Shown piece after piece: positions 1-9,514 of a stretch of 64,000 bases of DNA. Under the pieces are notes generated by a model. The model saw only the letters and a program-made list of their open reading frames with translations. It did no database searches and was not told the DNA's origin. The translations under genes and the position numbers were made by a program. The stretch is from Clostridia bacterium. Its GTDB lineage: Bacteria; Bacillota; Clostridia; TANB77; CAG-508. Every line of letters starts with the position of its first letter. The first letter of the stretch is position 1. The stretch spans positions 227-64,226 of the forward strand of contig JAGBAJ010000015.1 of assembly GCA_017939755.1 (NCBI GenBank), read 5' to 3'.

Positions 1-98
1 TACATTTATTAATGGATTAAATCTTCTAAAAATAAGCCACATTCTTTACTTAAAATCACGCATTTGATATAATTTAGGCAGAAAATTATGAGGAACTT

Positions 99-207
99 AT
101 GAAAGTTTTATTTATAGAATATCCAAAACATATAACATGCTGAAAAGCAAAGAAATGCTTGTTGACAACAAAAAAACGATAGAGCTTTAAGAGTTTTATA
201 CGAAAGG
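99..207 (+). pseudogene. ArsC/Spx (YusI-like) family gene remnant
   Basis: GAGGA RBS, then ATG99 reads MKVLFIEYPKHITC*KAKK, resembling the MKVLFIEYPKCSTCxKAKKW start of this family. In-frame TGA at 141-143, followed by frameshifts. End coordinate is approximate. Confidence 0.6.
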
Positions 208-224
208 AAAATAAAGAGTGAATT

Positions 225-3200
225 ATGGCCGATGAAAATTCATTATTAAAATTAAAATTCAAGTTAAAGGGAATATACAACAATGCAATTCAAAAACCTA
301 TAAAAGATATGTGTCTTTTTGAAATGGATGAAGAGCTTACATATAAACTGAAAGATGTGAATAGAACTGGTATATGGGACACCAGAACAGATGAAATTAT
401 CGAAGAACTATTATCAAGAAGATATTATGAAAAGTATTTTGGTGCCGAATTTTTTTTAAATATAATCGAACAATTGAAAAGTGACAATCTAAGAAAAGAA
501 TTTGTACACAGATATGCCGGAATAATTAACGAACAGTCAATAGACGGCATTAAAGAACTTTGTGGAATGGTTGGTGGTGGGTTTAAGAGAGAGTTTTACC
601 CATTTGTCCAACAACTACAGGCAGAAACCTTTGAAAAATATGGTGATTTTGACAAAATTCCAAGAGATAAGGAATCAAAATCAATCGTTGGAAAGCAGTT
701 AAAACAAAATCAAATTGCAGAAATGCTTCTAAAGCATAAGTATGATTATTTGGATATGAATATGGATACAGAAAATCTCCCTAAGAGCGAAAGGTTAAAT
801 ATTCTAGCGACTATGAAGGCGATAGATATTTCATCACTTCCAGCTAGTACATTTAGTGATTTAACAATTGATGATATAAAGTCTTATTGTAGAAAAACAG
901 GCAATTACGCAGTATTTGACAAATCAATTCCAGCGTTGAATGAATATTACGAGCATGTTACTTTTAATGATATACAAGACTTTTTAGATTCAACTAAAGA
1001 CAAGCAACTACAAAATAGATATCTTGCTCGTGCAATTCCAATTTTTTATGATAGAGGAAATATTTCTAAAGATGAATACATAAAACTTGCAAATGACGAA
1101 AGAATCGAAAATAAAACAGATATATATGGACACATTTTTACTAAACAGAATTTTGATGAGGTTTTACAAACTATAAAAAGTCTTCCAGAGGATAAGCAAC
1201 AATATGCTGTTAAAGCAGTTGAAAGAGCTTTTATGGATGAGATGCAAAATGAAGCTTTTGTTAGGAGTATATATGGGGTTATAAAAAGCTCTGATGTAAA
1301 AAAAGATTTTTTGATTGATATAGTGAATGAATCTAAAGATGATAGGTTTGCTATATTCAAAAAAGATGATGTTATTAATGCGATGAAGGAAAACAGCAAC
1401 AGATTTTATTCGTATGAAATTTATGGACAATTAACACAGGAAGAATTACTTAACTTATACATGGAAACTGAGGATAAAAATGTAAGAACCTATATCTTGA
1501 GCTCCTCATTTGATGCAATAAGAAACAAAAAAAATCCTCGTGATGAAGAAGAAAATATATGGGGAGAAAGTAGAAAGATTGAAATTCCTAGCATAATAAC
1601 AGAGGAAAATATGTATGATATATTCGAAAAAATTGATATGTCAAATGAGTTTCAAGTCTCTGAATTCATGGAACTAGATGGATTTGATTTTAATCAGGAA
1701 AGAGTACTCAAAAAAATATATGCTGACAAAAAACGAAGTACATATATAAAATGGATTGAGGGGATACGTACACCAATTGATGCAAAAATGGCAATAAATA
1801 TATTCAAAGAGAGCAATACAAAAAATAGAAATGATGCGTGGGATTTATGCCGTATTAATCTCGACTGGAATGTTCAAGAAGAAAATAGTTTGTATAATAA
1901 TTTAATGGCAATATCTGGTATTAACGACATATACTGCGAAAATATTATTCTTGAAGATGGACTTCTTCAAAAGAATTATGGAATATATAGCGAAGGAATG
2001 CTATTCGATATTCCAGAAATAAATGATGCTATACAAAATAAGACTATACCAATGCAAACAAGAATCAATTTGTTTTCGCTTGCGATGAGCAGTTATTATC
2101 GCCAGCTTGACGCGTGTAGCGAAGAGGCTTGGCTTCAGAAATTTAAAGATGGTTTTTATGACATTAGTCAGATTTTTGAAAATGGAGAAGAAAAAAAGAA
2201 AACAGAGGAGGAACTACTTTCCGACGCCAATATAATGATTAACAGGTTAATGGAAGATATACCAAAAGATTTTTTGAATCAATATAACGATGTTTTTTCT
2301 CGTGCCAAAAGTTCTAAGTCTTTGGAGGAAAAAGCTAGGTTGTGCGGAGAGCTTAGCGAGAAATTCGTAGAAGGCGTATACAATATGCTAATGAAAAAAT
2401 TGGAAGATTTTAGCCAAATGACGGGCATTGACCATTATACGTTATTTAAGAGAATCGAAGAGAATCAAAAGGCGGATTCATCTAGTGTTAGGAATGTGCT
2501 ATTCAAATATATTAAATTAATTCCATATCTTAATAATAGAGAAATGTTCAATAAGTTCACGGAATTATATGCGAATAACGAAAATGTTATAAATAGCATT
2601 ACAGTAGAGATGTTGCAACCAGAGGTTTTTGCTAATTTGGATAACAATCTAATTGAGTATTTATCTGCGTATGAAGGAGCCGGAAATCGCATAAGAGATG
2701 TCATTGATAACGAGAAATTACTGCAGGCGTTTACAAAATGCCACTCTTATCTACAGCAAATAAATGAGTTTTCAGAGGAGAAAATCGCAAATGTTTTGAA
2801 GTATATGGGTGAGCATGCAAATCAGCTTATAAAAGACGATTATACCGAAGACGATATTATTACACTTTCGTTCATTGCAAATTATGATAAAGAGTGCGTG
2901 TTTCCAGAGGATGCTAGTATTTTTGATTATTGTGATATTCAAAAAAATCAGCTTGATGAAAGGATTAAAAGTACACTACTTACAAGGGCTACAGCTATTG
3001 ATACTTTCAGCAAAAGGTTCTTTTCAATGGGCTATGACGAGCTAAAAAAAGTTGCATACAATTATGCTCATGATGTTGATAGCTTTATTACTAAGTATGA
3101 AGCTAAGCATACTTTAACGCTAGAAGAAGAAAATGAGCTTACAGCTCTTAAAATCGCTAAGAATATGCGACGAATTCTTGAGGTAGATGACATAAATACA

Positions 3201-4499
3201 ATTAAGAAAATGTATGATGATTTCTCAAAAATGCCAGAATTTCAAAATATTAACCTTAGAGAACGTTTAATTTTCGACGAAAATATTAGACGTCCATACA
3301 CTAAGGAATACAAGTCAAAAATCTATATACCAAAAGAGAAAGATAAGAAAATTGTTGATGGTGTTTCTGTGTATGCTCCAAAAGACTTTTATATGTTTAT
3401 TAATTCCGTTGGCGCGTATAGTAACTTTTCTATTACTGATGAAAATGTTTCTGCAAAGGAATTGTGGAATACCAACAAAAACACGGCTCGTCACGAAATT
3501 TGTACAAGTTTAATATCTTCAGAAAATATGGGAAGAGCTGGTATTAAACAAGGTGATAGACCATTAAAGAAGTTTATTAAGAAAATTGTTAAAAAAATAT
3601 CCAAGTCAAAAGAGCAAGAAGAGGAAGAAGTGAAAGATCCAGTTGTAGTTGCTTTTTATGACTTTAGCGACAATGCAATCTTCATGGCTGGTTCACACGA
3701 CATAGCGTCAGATGCGAGTACTATTGCATCGCAGCTCTCATATAGAGATTTTGCATTTAAAAGGCCGGACAATTTAATAGACGATACTCGTTTAATGTAT
3801 AACGAGATTAATATTAAAACTAAGAGTATGGACAATCTTCGCGATACCTTAGAGCCTCAGGCCATCGTTTGCTTTGATAAAATAACAGATGATAAAAAGA
3901 AAGTTGCATCAGATTTTAATGCAGATATAATATATATTGACAGCAAAGAGATTGCTCAAAGTCAGTCTGAGCAACTTAACAATATGTTCCAGCAATTTAA
4001 TGAAAATCCAAATCCTATGCTTATTGGAGAAATACTTAATAAATACGAAAATAATAGAAATAGTTTTTATTATACAAGACCGGACCTACAATACAAGTAC
4101 TTTAATCCAAGCAAGTTTGCAAATAATATGGTTAAGGCTATAAAGAGAGTTCAAGAATGTGGAGCAAAAGGGGATAATGAAACCTTTAAGAATTGTATGG
4201 ATGCATTTTATATTGCCATTAACAATGAAATTGAAAAATTTAGATTTGTTGGTAGAGACCATGAGTTGCTTTCGAATGACAATCTGCAGATAAGAAAAAT
4301 TAATAGAGCGTTATCAAAAGCAATTTCTAACATGGATTACACTGCACCAGTAGCTTCCTTTGAAGAGCAAAGAAATAAGTTTATTGCTCAGTATAATGTT
4401 GAGGATAGCAAAGGTGTTAATGCAGATATGGTTCGTAAATATTTAGAAAATGACAGGGCGGTTAATCAGAATAAAAATGATAAAGGGAGAGACGATTGA
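225..4499 (+). CDS. Large hypothetical protein (1424 aa); C-terminal region has possible ADP-ribosyltransferase-like motifs
   Basis: Long uninterrupted ORF. No family recognised with certainty. Motifs FYMFINSVGAY, ICTSLIS and YNEINI lie near the C-terminus. Confidence 0.85.
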   Translation: MADENSLLKLKFKLKGIYNNAIQKPIKDMCLFEMDEELTYKLKDVNRTGIWDTRTDEIIEELLSRRYYEKYFGAEFFLNIIEQLKSDNLRKEFVHRYAGIINEQSIDGIKELCGMVGGGFKREFYPFVQQLQAETFEKYGDFDKIPRDKESKSIVGKQLKQNQIAEMLLKHKYDYLDMNMDTENLPKSERLNILATMKAIDISSLPASTFSDLTIDDIKSYCRKTGNYAVFDKSIPALNEYYEHVTFNDIQDFLDSTKDKQLQNRYLARAIPIFYDRGNISKDEYIKLANDERIENKTDIYGHIFTKQNFDEVLQTIKSLPEDKQQYAVKAVERAFMDEMQNEAFVRSIYGVIKSSDVKKDFLIDIVNESKDDRFAIFKKDDVINAMKENSNRFYSYEIYGQLTQEELLNLYMETEDKNVRTYILSSSFDAIRNKKNPRDEEENIWGESRKIEIPSIITEENMYDIFEKIDMSNEFQVSEFMELDGFDFNQERVLKKIYADKKRSTYIKWIEGIRTPIDAKMAINIFKESNTKNRNDAWDLCRINLDWNVQEENSLYNNLMAISGINDIYCENIILEDGLLQKNYGIYSEGMLFDIPEINDAIQNKTIPMQTRINLFSLAMSSYYRQLDACSEEAWLQKFKDGFYDISQIFENGEEKKKTEEELLSDANIMINRLMEDIPKDFLNQYNDVFSRAKSSKSLEEKARLCGELSEKFVEGVYNMLMKKLEDFSQMTGIDHYTLFKRIEENQKADSSSVRNVLFKYIKLIPYLNNREMFNKFTELYANNENVINSITVEMLQPEVFANLDNNLIEYLSAYEGAGNRIRDVIDNEKLLQAFTKCHSYLQQINEFSEEKIANVLKYMGEHANQLIKDDYTEDDIITLSFIANYDKECVFPEDASIFDYCDIQKNQLDERIKSTLLTRATAIDTFSKRFFSMGYDELKKVAYNYAHDVDSFITKYEAKHTLTLEEENELTALKIAKNMRRILEVDDINTIKKMYDDFSKMPEFQNINLRERLIFDENIRRPYTKEYKSKIYIPKEKDKKIVDGVSVYAPKDFYMFINSVGAYSNFSITDENVSAKELWNTNKNTARHEICTSLISSENMGRAGIKQGDRPLKKFIKKIVKKISKSKEQEEEEVKDPVVVAFYDFSDNAIFMAGSHDIASDASTIASQLSYRDFAFKRPDNLIDDTRLMYNEINIKTKSMDNLRDTLEPQAIVCFDKITDDKKKVASDFNADIIYIDSKEIAQSQSEQLNNMFQQFNENPNPMLIGEILNKYENNRNSFYYTRPDLQYKYFNPSKFANNMVKAIKRVQECGAKGDNETFKNCMDAFYIAINNEIEKFRFVGRDHELLSNDNLQIRKINRALSKAISNMDYTAPVASFEEQRNKFIAQYNVEDSKGVNADMVRKYLENDRAVNQNKNDKGRDD

Positions 4500-4609
4500 T
4501 GGATGATAAGAAAGTACAGGAACAGCAAAAGATTTTAAAGGAGCTTGAAAAAAAGACGGAAAAGGTGCTTGAGTATTTAAATAAGTTAGAATCTGGAAAA
4601 AGAAAATAG
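4499..4609 (+). CDS. Small 36-aa charged, helical-looking protein, translationally coupled to the upstream gene
   Basis: TGATG stop/start overlap at 4497-4501 with AAAGGGAG upstream. Reads MDDKKVQEQQKILKELEKKTEKVLEYLNKLESGKRK and is followed by a terminator. Confidence 0.6.
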   Translation: MDDKKVQEQQKILKELEKKTEKVLEYLNKLESGKRK

Positions 4610-4612
4610 TTT

Positions 4613-4653
4613 AAAAGAGAGAAAACAACTGATTTAATCGGTTTTCTCTTTTT
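4613..4653 (+). terminator. Intrinsic terminator
   Basis: AAGAGAGAAAAC...GTTTTCTCTTTTTT hairpin with a T-run. Confidence 0.65.
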
Positions 4654-4981
4654 TGTTTGCTACATACCGCAAAAGTATAGCACGTTAAGTACTATATAAA
4701 ATTAAGTGCGAAAAATTGCAAAAAAATGCGAACATTATGTAGCTGAATCAATTGACTTTAGGGCGTTTTTATGATATTAGTATATACGAATAAGGTAGGT
4801 TGACCAGGCAACTAGAAGTGAATAAACATCACTATCTGGTTAGCCTTTTTTAGCTCTATAGATAAATTTTTATTTAACAATGAAAATGAGAAGCTTTTCG
4901 AAAATAATTACACTGATTATTAAGTAATGAGTGAAGCATTGCTTTAGTAATAAAAAATTATCAAGAAAAGGAGTGGTATGC

Positions 4982-5449
4982 ATGAAAAAACTATTAGTTT
5001 GTTATTTTTCAGCAACAGGGGCTACAAAAAGATTGGCAGAGAAAATCGCAGATGTATTATGTGCGGACATCTTCGAGATTAAGCCAGCAGTAAAGTATAC
5101 AAATGAAGATTTAAAATGGCCAAGCAGAACAAACAGGTCATTTCTAGAGATGAAGAACAAAAGATATAGACCACTTGTTTCACAAAAATTAAGCAACGTA
5201 GATGACTACAGCACAGTGTTTTTAGGATTTCCTGTATGGTACAATACTGCACCTACAGTGGTAAAGACATTTATTGAAGAGAACCATTTAGACGGTAAGG
5301 AGGTTTATGTATTTGTAACAAGTGGCGCTCACACAGTCGACAAAAGTATAAAAGATCTTCAAAGGGCATATCCACGCATTCATTTTATTGGTGCGAAAAG
5401 ATTTAGCGGTCGTTTCCGCGAAAAAGATCTTCTAGACTGGGTTAGCTAA
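4982..5449 (+). CDS. Flavodoxin (Flavodoxin_4-like)
   Basis: YFSATGATKRLA and VFLGFPVWY motifs. AAGGAG RBS supports ATG4982. Confidence 0.9.
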   Translation: MKKLLVCYFSATGATKRLAEKIADVLCADIFEIKPAVKYTNEDLKWPSRTNRSFLEMKNKRYRPLVSQKLSNVDDYSTVFLGFPVWYNTAPTVVKTFIEENHLDGKEVYVFVTSGAHTVDKSIKDLQRAYPRIHFIGAKRFSGRFREKDLLDWVS

Positions 5450-5634
5450 AATTAATCAAATATTCTATCATTATTTTGGCTGGGGAACTTAGTGGGTTCC
5501 TTGGCTATATTTTTTTCGGGAAAAAATCTAATCTTCAATTGAATATGTATGAATTCCCCCTGCACCACTTACATTTTTATTGCCAAAAAACATAATTTAT
5601 GAGATAATCTCAGCAATAAAAAAAGGAGAATGGT

Positions 5635-7116
5635 ATGAAATATAACTATAGTAGAGAAGTAATTCTAGAATATGCACACGATTTAGAAAAATTTATTTTA
5701 GGAACTACAGATGAAAGCAAAGATACAGCTATTGAAAGTTTTGGTAGAATACCATCACAGGAAGATAAGGATAGCATAGTAAGATTGTATAGTAGAAAGA
5801 TTTCTATTGTGCAAAGAGCAGCAAAAGAGCTTACTAAGAAGAAAAATGATGGAGTACAATTAAGTGAAGAAGAGCTACAAATTGTAGATATAATGGATAA
5901 AATTAATAGTAAATATCCACCCAAAAGAGATATACTTGATATTGTAAGGTACTTAGACGAGCAAATAAGAGGTACATATAACAAGAAAAATGGTTTATAT
6001 GAAGGTGGTTTAAATAGAAGACCAATAAGAAGTGTAGAAGTAAAGTTAGCAAAAGATTTTTACTATGCTATTGGTAGAGTTAAAAAATTAGAGGAAAAGA
6101 AGCAAAATGGTGTAAAGTTAACAGATACAGAGCAAGAGGCAGTTGAATTATTCAACAACATATTACTTGATTTTCCAAGGAGTAGAGAAAATAAAACTAG
6201 TTTGGATTCTGCAAAAGAGCTAGACTTTTATCTAAATGGTGATTCAGAGCATGAAGGTCTTGGAAGAAAACCTAGTGAGAGTTCAGAAAATCAAACCGAA
6301 GTGCGCATGACATACAAATATAGACATGTTCTAAAAGTTGCCAGTGAAATAAGAAAAAATAAAACTAAAGAGGAACTTACAGAAGATGATATAGAATTTT
6401 TAAAGATTGCAGATAAAATAAGAGCTCAATATCCGCCACTTGATAGAAATAATACAATGCTTGATTCTGCAAAATCTCTACAAAAATATATGGATGGTGG
6501 GTTTGATGATATAACAAACAAATATTATTCAGGAATAAAGAAAAGACCAAGTAAGCCAACTAGCAAAAATTATTCTGAGGAAGAAAGCTATAGATACATA
6601 TTTGAAAACGCGTGTGCAAGGGTCCGTCTATTAAAAAGTCAAAACAGGGCACTTAATGAAGATGAGCTGGAGCTAATCAGAATAATGGATGAACTATGCG
6701 AAAAATACCCGAGCACTCATTTTGATACACAGAAGGCTATAACAATTCTTACAGCATATATATATGATGGAATAGAAACAAAGGACGGAGTAGTACTAGA
6801 TCCATTGCATAAAAGACCTGCAATTTCGTCTAAAGATGAATTTGAAAAGAAAATGGCCATGAAACTTACATCTATTCGACACAGAATAGATGATCTGGCA
6901 GATGAAGGACTTAGTTTTAGTGATTTAGATGAAGATGATATAATGGCAATAAATTTTTATTACAAATTAAGCAAAGACTACCCTTCAAGAAAACAGGTTG
7001 GTAGTAAAGCAATAGAATTTTGCTATAAAATTATTCAAGAGCAGGCCGAATTGGAAAATAGAAAAAAACAACAAAACTTAAACAATCCAGATAATCCAGA
7101 TGCAGAAAATAGATAA
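5635..7116 (+). CDS. Hypothetical protein with five ~85-90 aa internal repeats
   Basis: AAGGAG RBS. Repeated G-x-x-[RK]-P ... L-[ST]-E-[ED]-[ED] ... [YF]-P pattern. Confidence 0.85.
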   Translation: MKYNYSREVILEYAHDLEKFILGTTDESKDTAIESFGRIPSQEDKDSIVRLYSRKISIVQRAAKELTKKKNDGVQLSEEELQIVDIMDKINSKYPPKRDILDIVRYLDEQIRGTYNKKNGLYEGGLNRRPIRSVEVKLAKDFYYAIGRVKKLEEKKQNGVKLTDTEQEAVELFNNILLDFPRSRENKTSLDSAKELDFYLNGDSEHEGLGRKPSESSENQTEVRMTYKYRHVLKVASEIRKNKTKEELTEDDIEFLKIADKIRAQYPPLDRNNTMLDSAKSLQKYMDGGFDDITNKYYSGIKKRPSKPTSKNYSEEESYRYIFENACARVRLLKSQNRALNEDELELIRIMDELCEKYPSTHFDTQKAITILTAYIYDGIETKDGVVLDPLHKRPAISSKDEFEKKMAMKLTSIRHRIDDLADEGLSFSDLDEDDIMAINFYYKLSKDYPSRKQVGSKAIEFCYKIIQEQAELENRKKQQNLNNPDNPDAENR

Positions 7117-7220
7117 ATTAAAATGTAAAGAGTCAGTGGCAAAAAGTATATATTTTTTTTATAAGAGCGACATATTATTGACTAACCTTTAGCAAATTCT
7201 ACATACTATCATAAATATAT

Positions 7221-7249
7221 TTGACAAAAAAATTAACTAAAAATATAAT
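7221..7249 (+). promoter_or_regulatory. Sigma-A promoter
   Basis: TTGACA-17 bp-TATAAT, perfect consensus. The TTG start in the ORF track is this -35 box. Confidence 0.8.
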
Positions 7250-7307
7250 TATTATAACGAAATTAAAACTAAATCATAACAAAAGAAAACTATATGGGGG
7301 AATTAAT

Positions 7308-8714
7308 ATGGCTAAAAAAAATAAACTGCAAGTCATTATAGAAAAAATCAGATCAGTTTTTGGGAAAAATGCAAAGAAGAAATTAGCAAGTGCTGCTCTT
7401 GGTGCAGCTGTTGGTATTGGCGCTACAGTGGCAAATGCTCCAGAGGATCCTAAGCCAGACAAAGGAGACACACGTGAGAAAATCATTACTGAAATTGAAT
7501 CTGAAACAGGAGCAGTAACTGAAACTGCAATAGAAGAAGATCCAATTACAATTGATAATGGTATATCAGAATATGTAATTATATCAAATGAGGGGGCAAA
7601 AATAAGAAGCTCAGCAGAAATTGACGACAATATTGTAGGATATGTAAATTATGACGATATTGTTTTAATTAAGGATGACACTATAACGAATACATTTGAT
7701 GGGCATACATGGGGGCAAGTTATTCAAGTTGATGGAAACGATACTAAAGTTTTTGAATATACTGTATATGTTGCACTTGATGATGATATTGCTAAAAAAA
7801 TAGAATTAGAACAAAATCATAATATTTATTCAGATAAGATTACTCCTATTGTTTCAAGTAATGGATTGCAAAAATATCAAGATGTTGAGATTTCACAGGA
7901 AGATATGAAAAACTTAGTAAACTTTACATGTAGTTGGGAAAATCAACAATTGTATGCATATAAGCAAGGTACACCAGGTTACGACTATGATGGAAACGAA
8001 TTCATAGAGGATTGTATAACACAGGATGGGTCTCAATATATTTGTTATGATGATGGTAATTTGAATTATGGTTTTGGTGTTATGGTGTATGCAAATTATG
8101 CGGATTCTATAAATACAGAGCATATAGGAGCATTTGAAGAATACGGATATGATATAACATCGCAATGGTTTTCTGATAATTGTTTAAATGCTGGTGAGTC
8201 CACAATACCTGTAGAGGTTGTGGATAACGCAACTAAGCAATATTTGGCAAAAGCCGTATGGAATATTCAAGAATATTTAAGAGCAAAAGATGTTAACTTT
8301 TCAAAGAGCCAAATTCTAGCACTTGCAAGTATGAGTTATCAATACGGAAAGAATGATAGTTTTATACATCACTTTATAGATTCATACATAGAGCATGGTG
8401 GAAATGTTCAGGATTTTATAGACAATTATGAAACAAGAGGCGGAGCTGCTATTTTCTATAATGTTCCAGGCGGAAGCCAGGTATATAAAGGACATGTTAT
8501 TGAAAGATCTGATGCGTATACAATGGCCTTTAGAGATGGAATTTTTGCAATGGGAGCAGGTCCTGTAGAAGAAATTGTCATTAATGAAAAAAGTATTGAA
8601 GAGATGCAACAAAATGTTAATCTAATAAAAGGAATGTCTAACAGAATTAATATAGAGCAGGATGATGCAAATAATAGGTCTATTCCCACAGTGGACGTTC
8701 ATGAAGAGCGTTAG
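7308..8714 (+). CDS. SH3b-like plus lysozyme-like (GH24-type) putative cell-wall hydrolase
   Basis: N-terminal hydrophobic segment. SH3b-like AKIRSSA...IVGYV...W region. Lysozyme-like SWEN...YDDGNLNYGFG...QILALASMSYQYG region. Confidence 0.6.
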   Translation: MAKKNKLQVIIEKIRSVFGKNAKKKLASAALGAAVGIGATVANAPEDPKPDKGDTREKIITEIESETGAVTETAIEEDPITIDNGISEYVIISNEGAKIRSSAEIDDNIVGYVNYDDIVLIKDDTITNTFDGHTWGQVIQVDGNDTKVFEYTVYVALDDDIAKKIELEQNHNIYSDKITPIVSSNGLQKYQDVEISQEDMKNLVNFTCSWENQQLYAYKQGTPGYDYDGNEFIEDCITQDGSQYICYDDGNLNYGFGVMVYANYADSINTEHIGAFEEYGYDITSQWFSDNCLNAGESTIPVEVVDNATKQYLAKAVWNIQEYLRAKDVNFSKSQILALASMSYQYGKNDSFIHHFIDSYIEHGGNVQDFIDNYETRGGAAIFYNVPGGSQVYKGHVIERSDAYTMAFRDGIFAMGAGPVEEIVINEKSIEEMQQNVNLIKGMSNRINIEQDDANNRSIPTVDVHEER

Positions 8715-8758
8715 CTTGTAAAAAGTATATATTAATAACTGTACGAATGGAGGATTTT

Positions 8759-9514
8759 ATGTTAGTAGTTGACAATGTAAAAAAGAAATTTGTCAAAATA
8801 GATAAGAATAAAAAGAAAACAGAATTTTATGCTGATAATGGGATTTCATTTAAGGCAGAAGATGGAATGGTTTTGGGAATTTTAGGCCCTAATGGTGCCG
8901 GAAAAACTACTCTTTTAAGAATGGTAGGAGGAATTTTAGAGCCCACAAGTGGCACTATAAATTTTGATGGAAAAAATTATGAAAAAGACGAAATTGAAAT
9001 TAAGAAGAATATCGCATATTTATCTGGAAATACAAAAATATATAATTCTATATCTTGTTATGAGCTTCTTAAAATGTGTGGAAATATATATGGTGTAGAT
9101 AAAAATAAAATTGAAAACAAAATCAAAGAAATATCTGCAAAGCTTAAGATGGACGAGTTTTTGCATAATAGAATTGGAAGATTATCAACAGGTCAAACAC
9201 AAAAAGTCAATATTGCAAGATGTCTTATTCATGATCCACAATATTACATTTTAGATGAAGCAACAAGTGGATTAGATATTATTTCTAGTCAAATTATTTT
9301 AGATTTTATAAAAGAGGAAAAGGCAAGAGGTAAAACTATTTTATATTCTACTCATTATATGGAAGAGGCAGAAAATATTTGCGATTATGTTATAATGATT
9401 AATAAGGGAATTATTGTAAAGAGTGGAACTCCTGACGAAATAAAAAGAGCTACAAATACAACTAATTTAAGAGATTCTTTCTTTTCAGTTTTAGGGGGTG
9501 CATCAAATGAATAA
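8759..9514 (+). CDS. natA: ABC transporter ATP-binding protein (NatA-like)
   Basis: Walker A GPNGAGKT, LSTGQ signature, ILDE, STHYMEE. Confidence 0.8.
   Translation: MLVVDNVKKKFVKIDKNKKKTEFYADNGISFKAEDGMVLGILGPNGAGKTTLLRMVGGILEPTSGTINFDGKNYEKDEIEIKKNIAYLSGNTKIYNSISCYELLKMCGNIYGVDKNKIENKIKEISAKLKMDEFLHNRIGRLSTGQTQKVNIARCLIHDPQYYILDEATSGLDIISSQIILDFIKEEKARGKTILYSTHYMEEAENICDYVIMINKGIIVKSGTPDEIKRATNTTNLRDSFFSVLGGASNE

Noticed and set aside
141-143. In-frame TGA as selenocysteine
   Set aside because: It falls after the Cys, at a position that is normally Arg/Gln/Lys, and the frame is broken further downstream.
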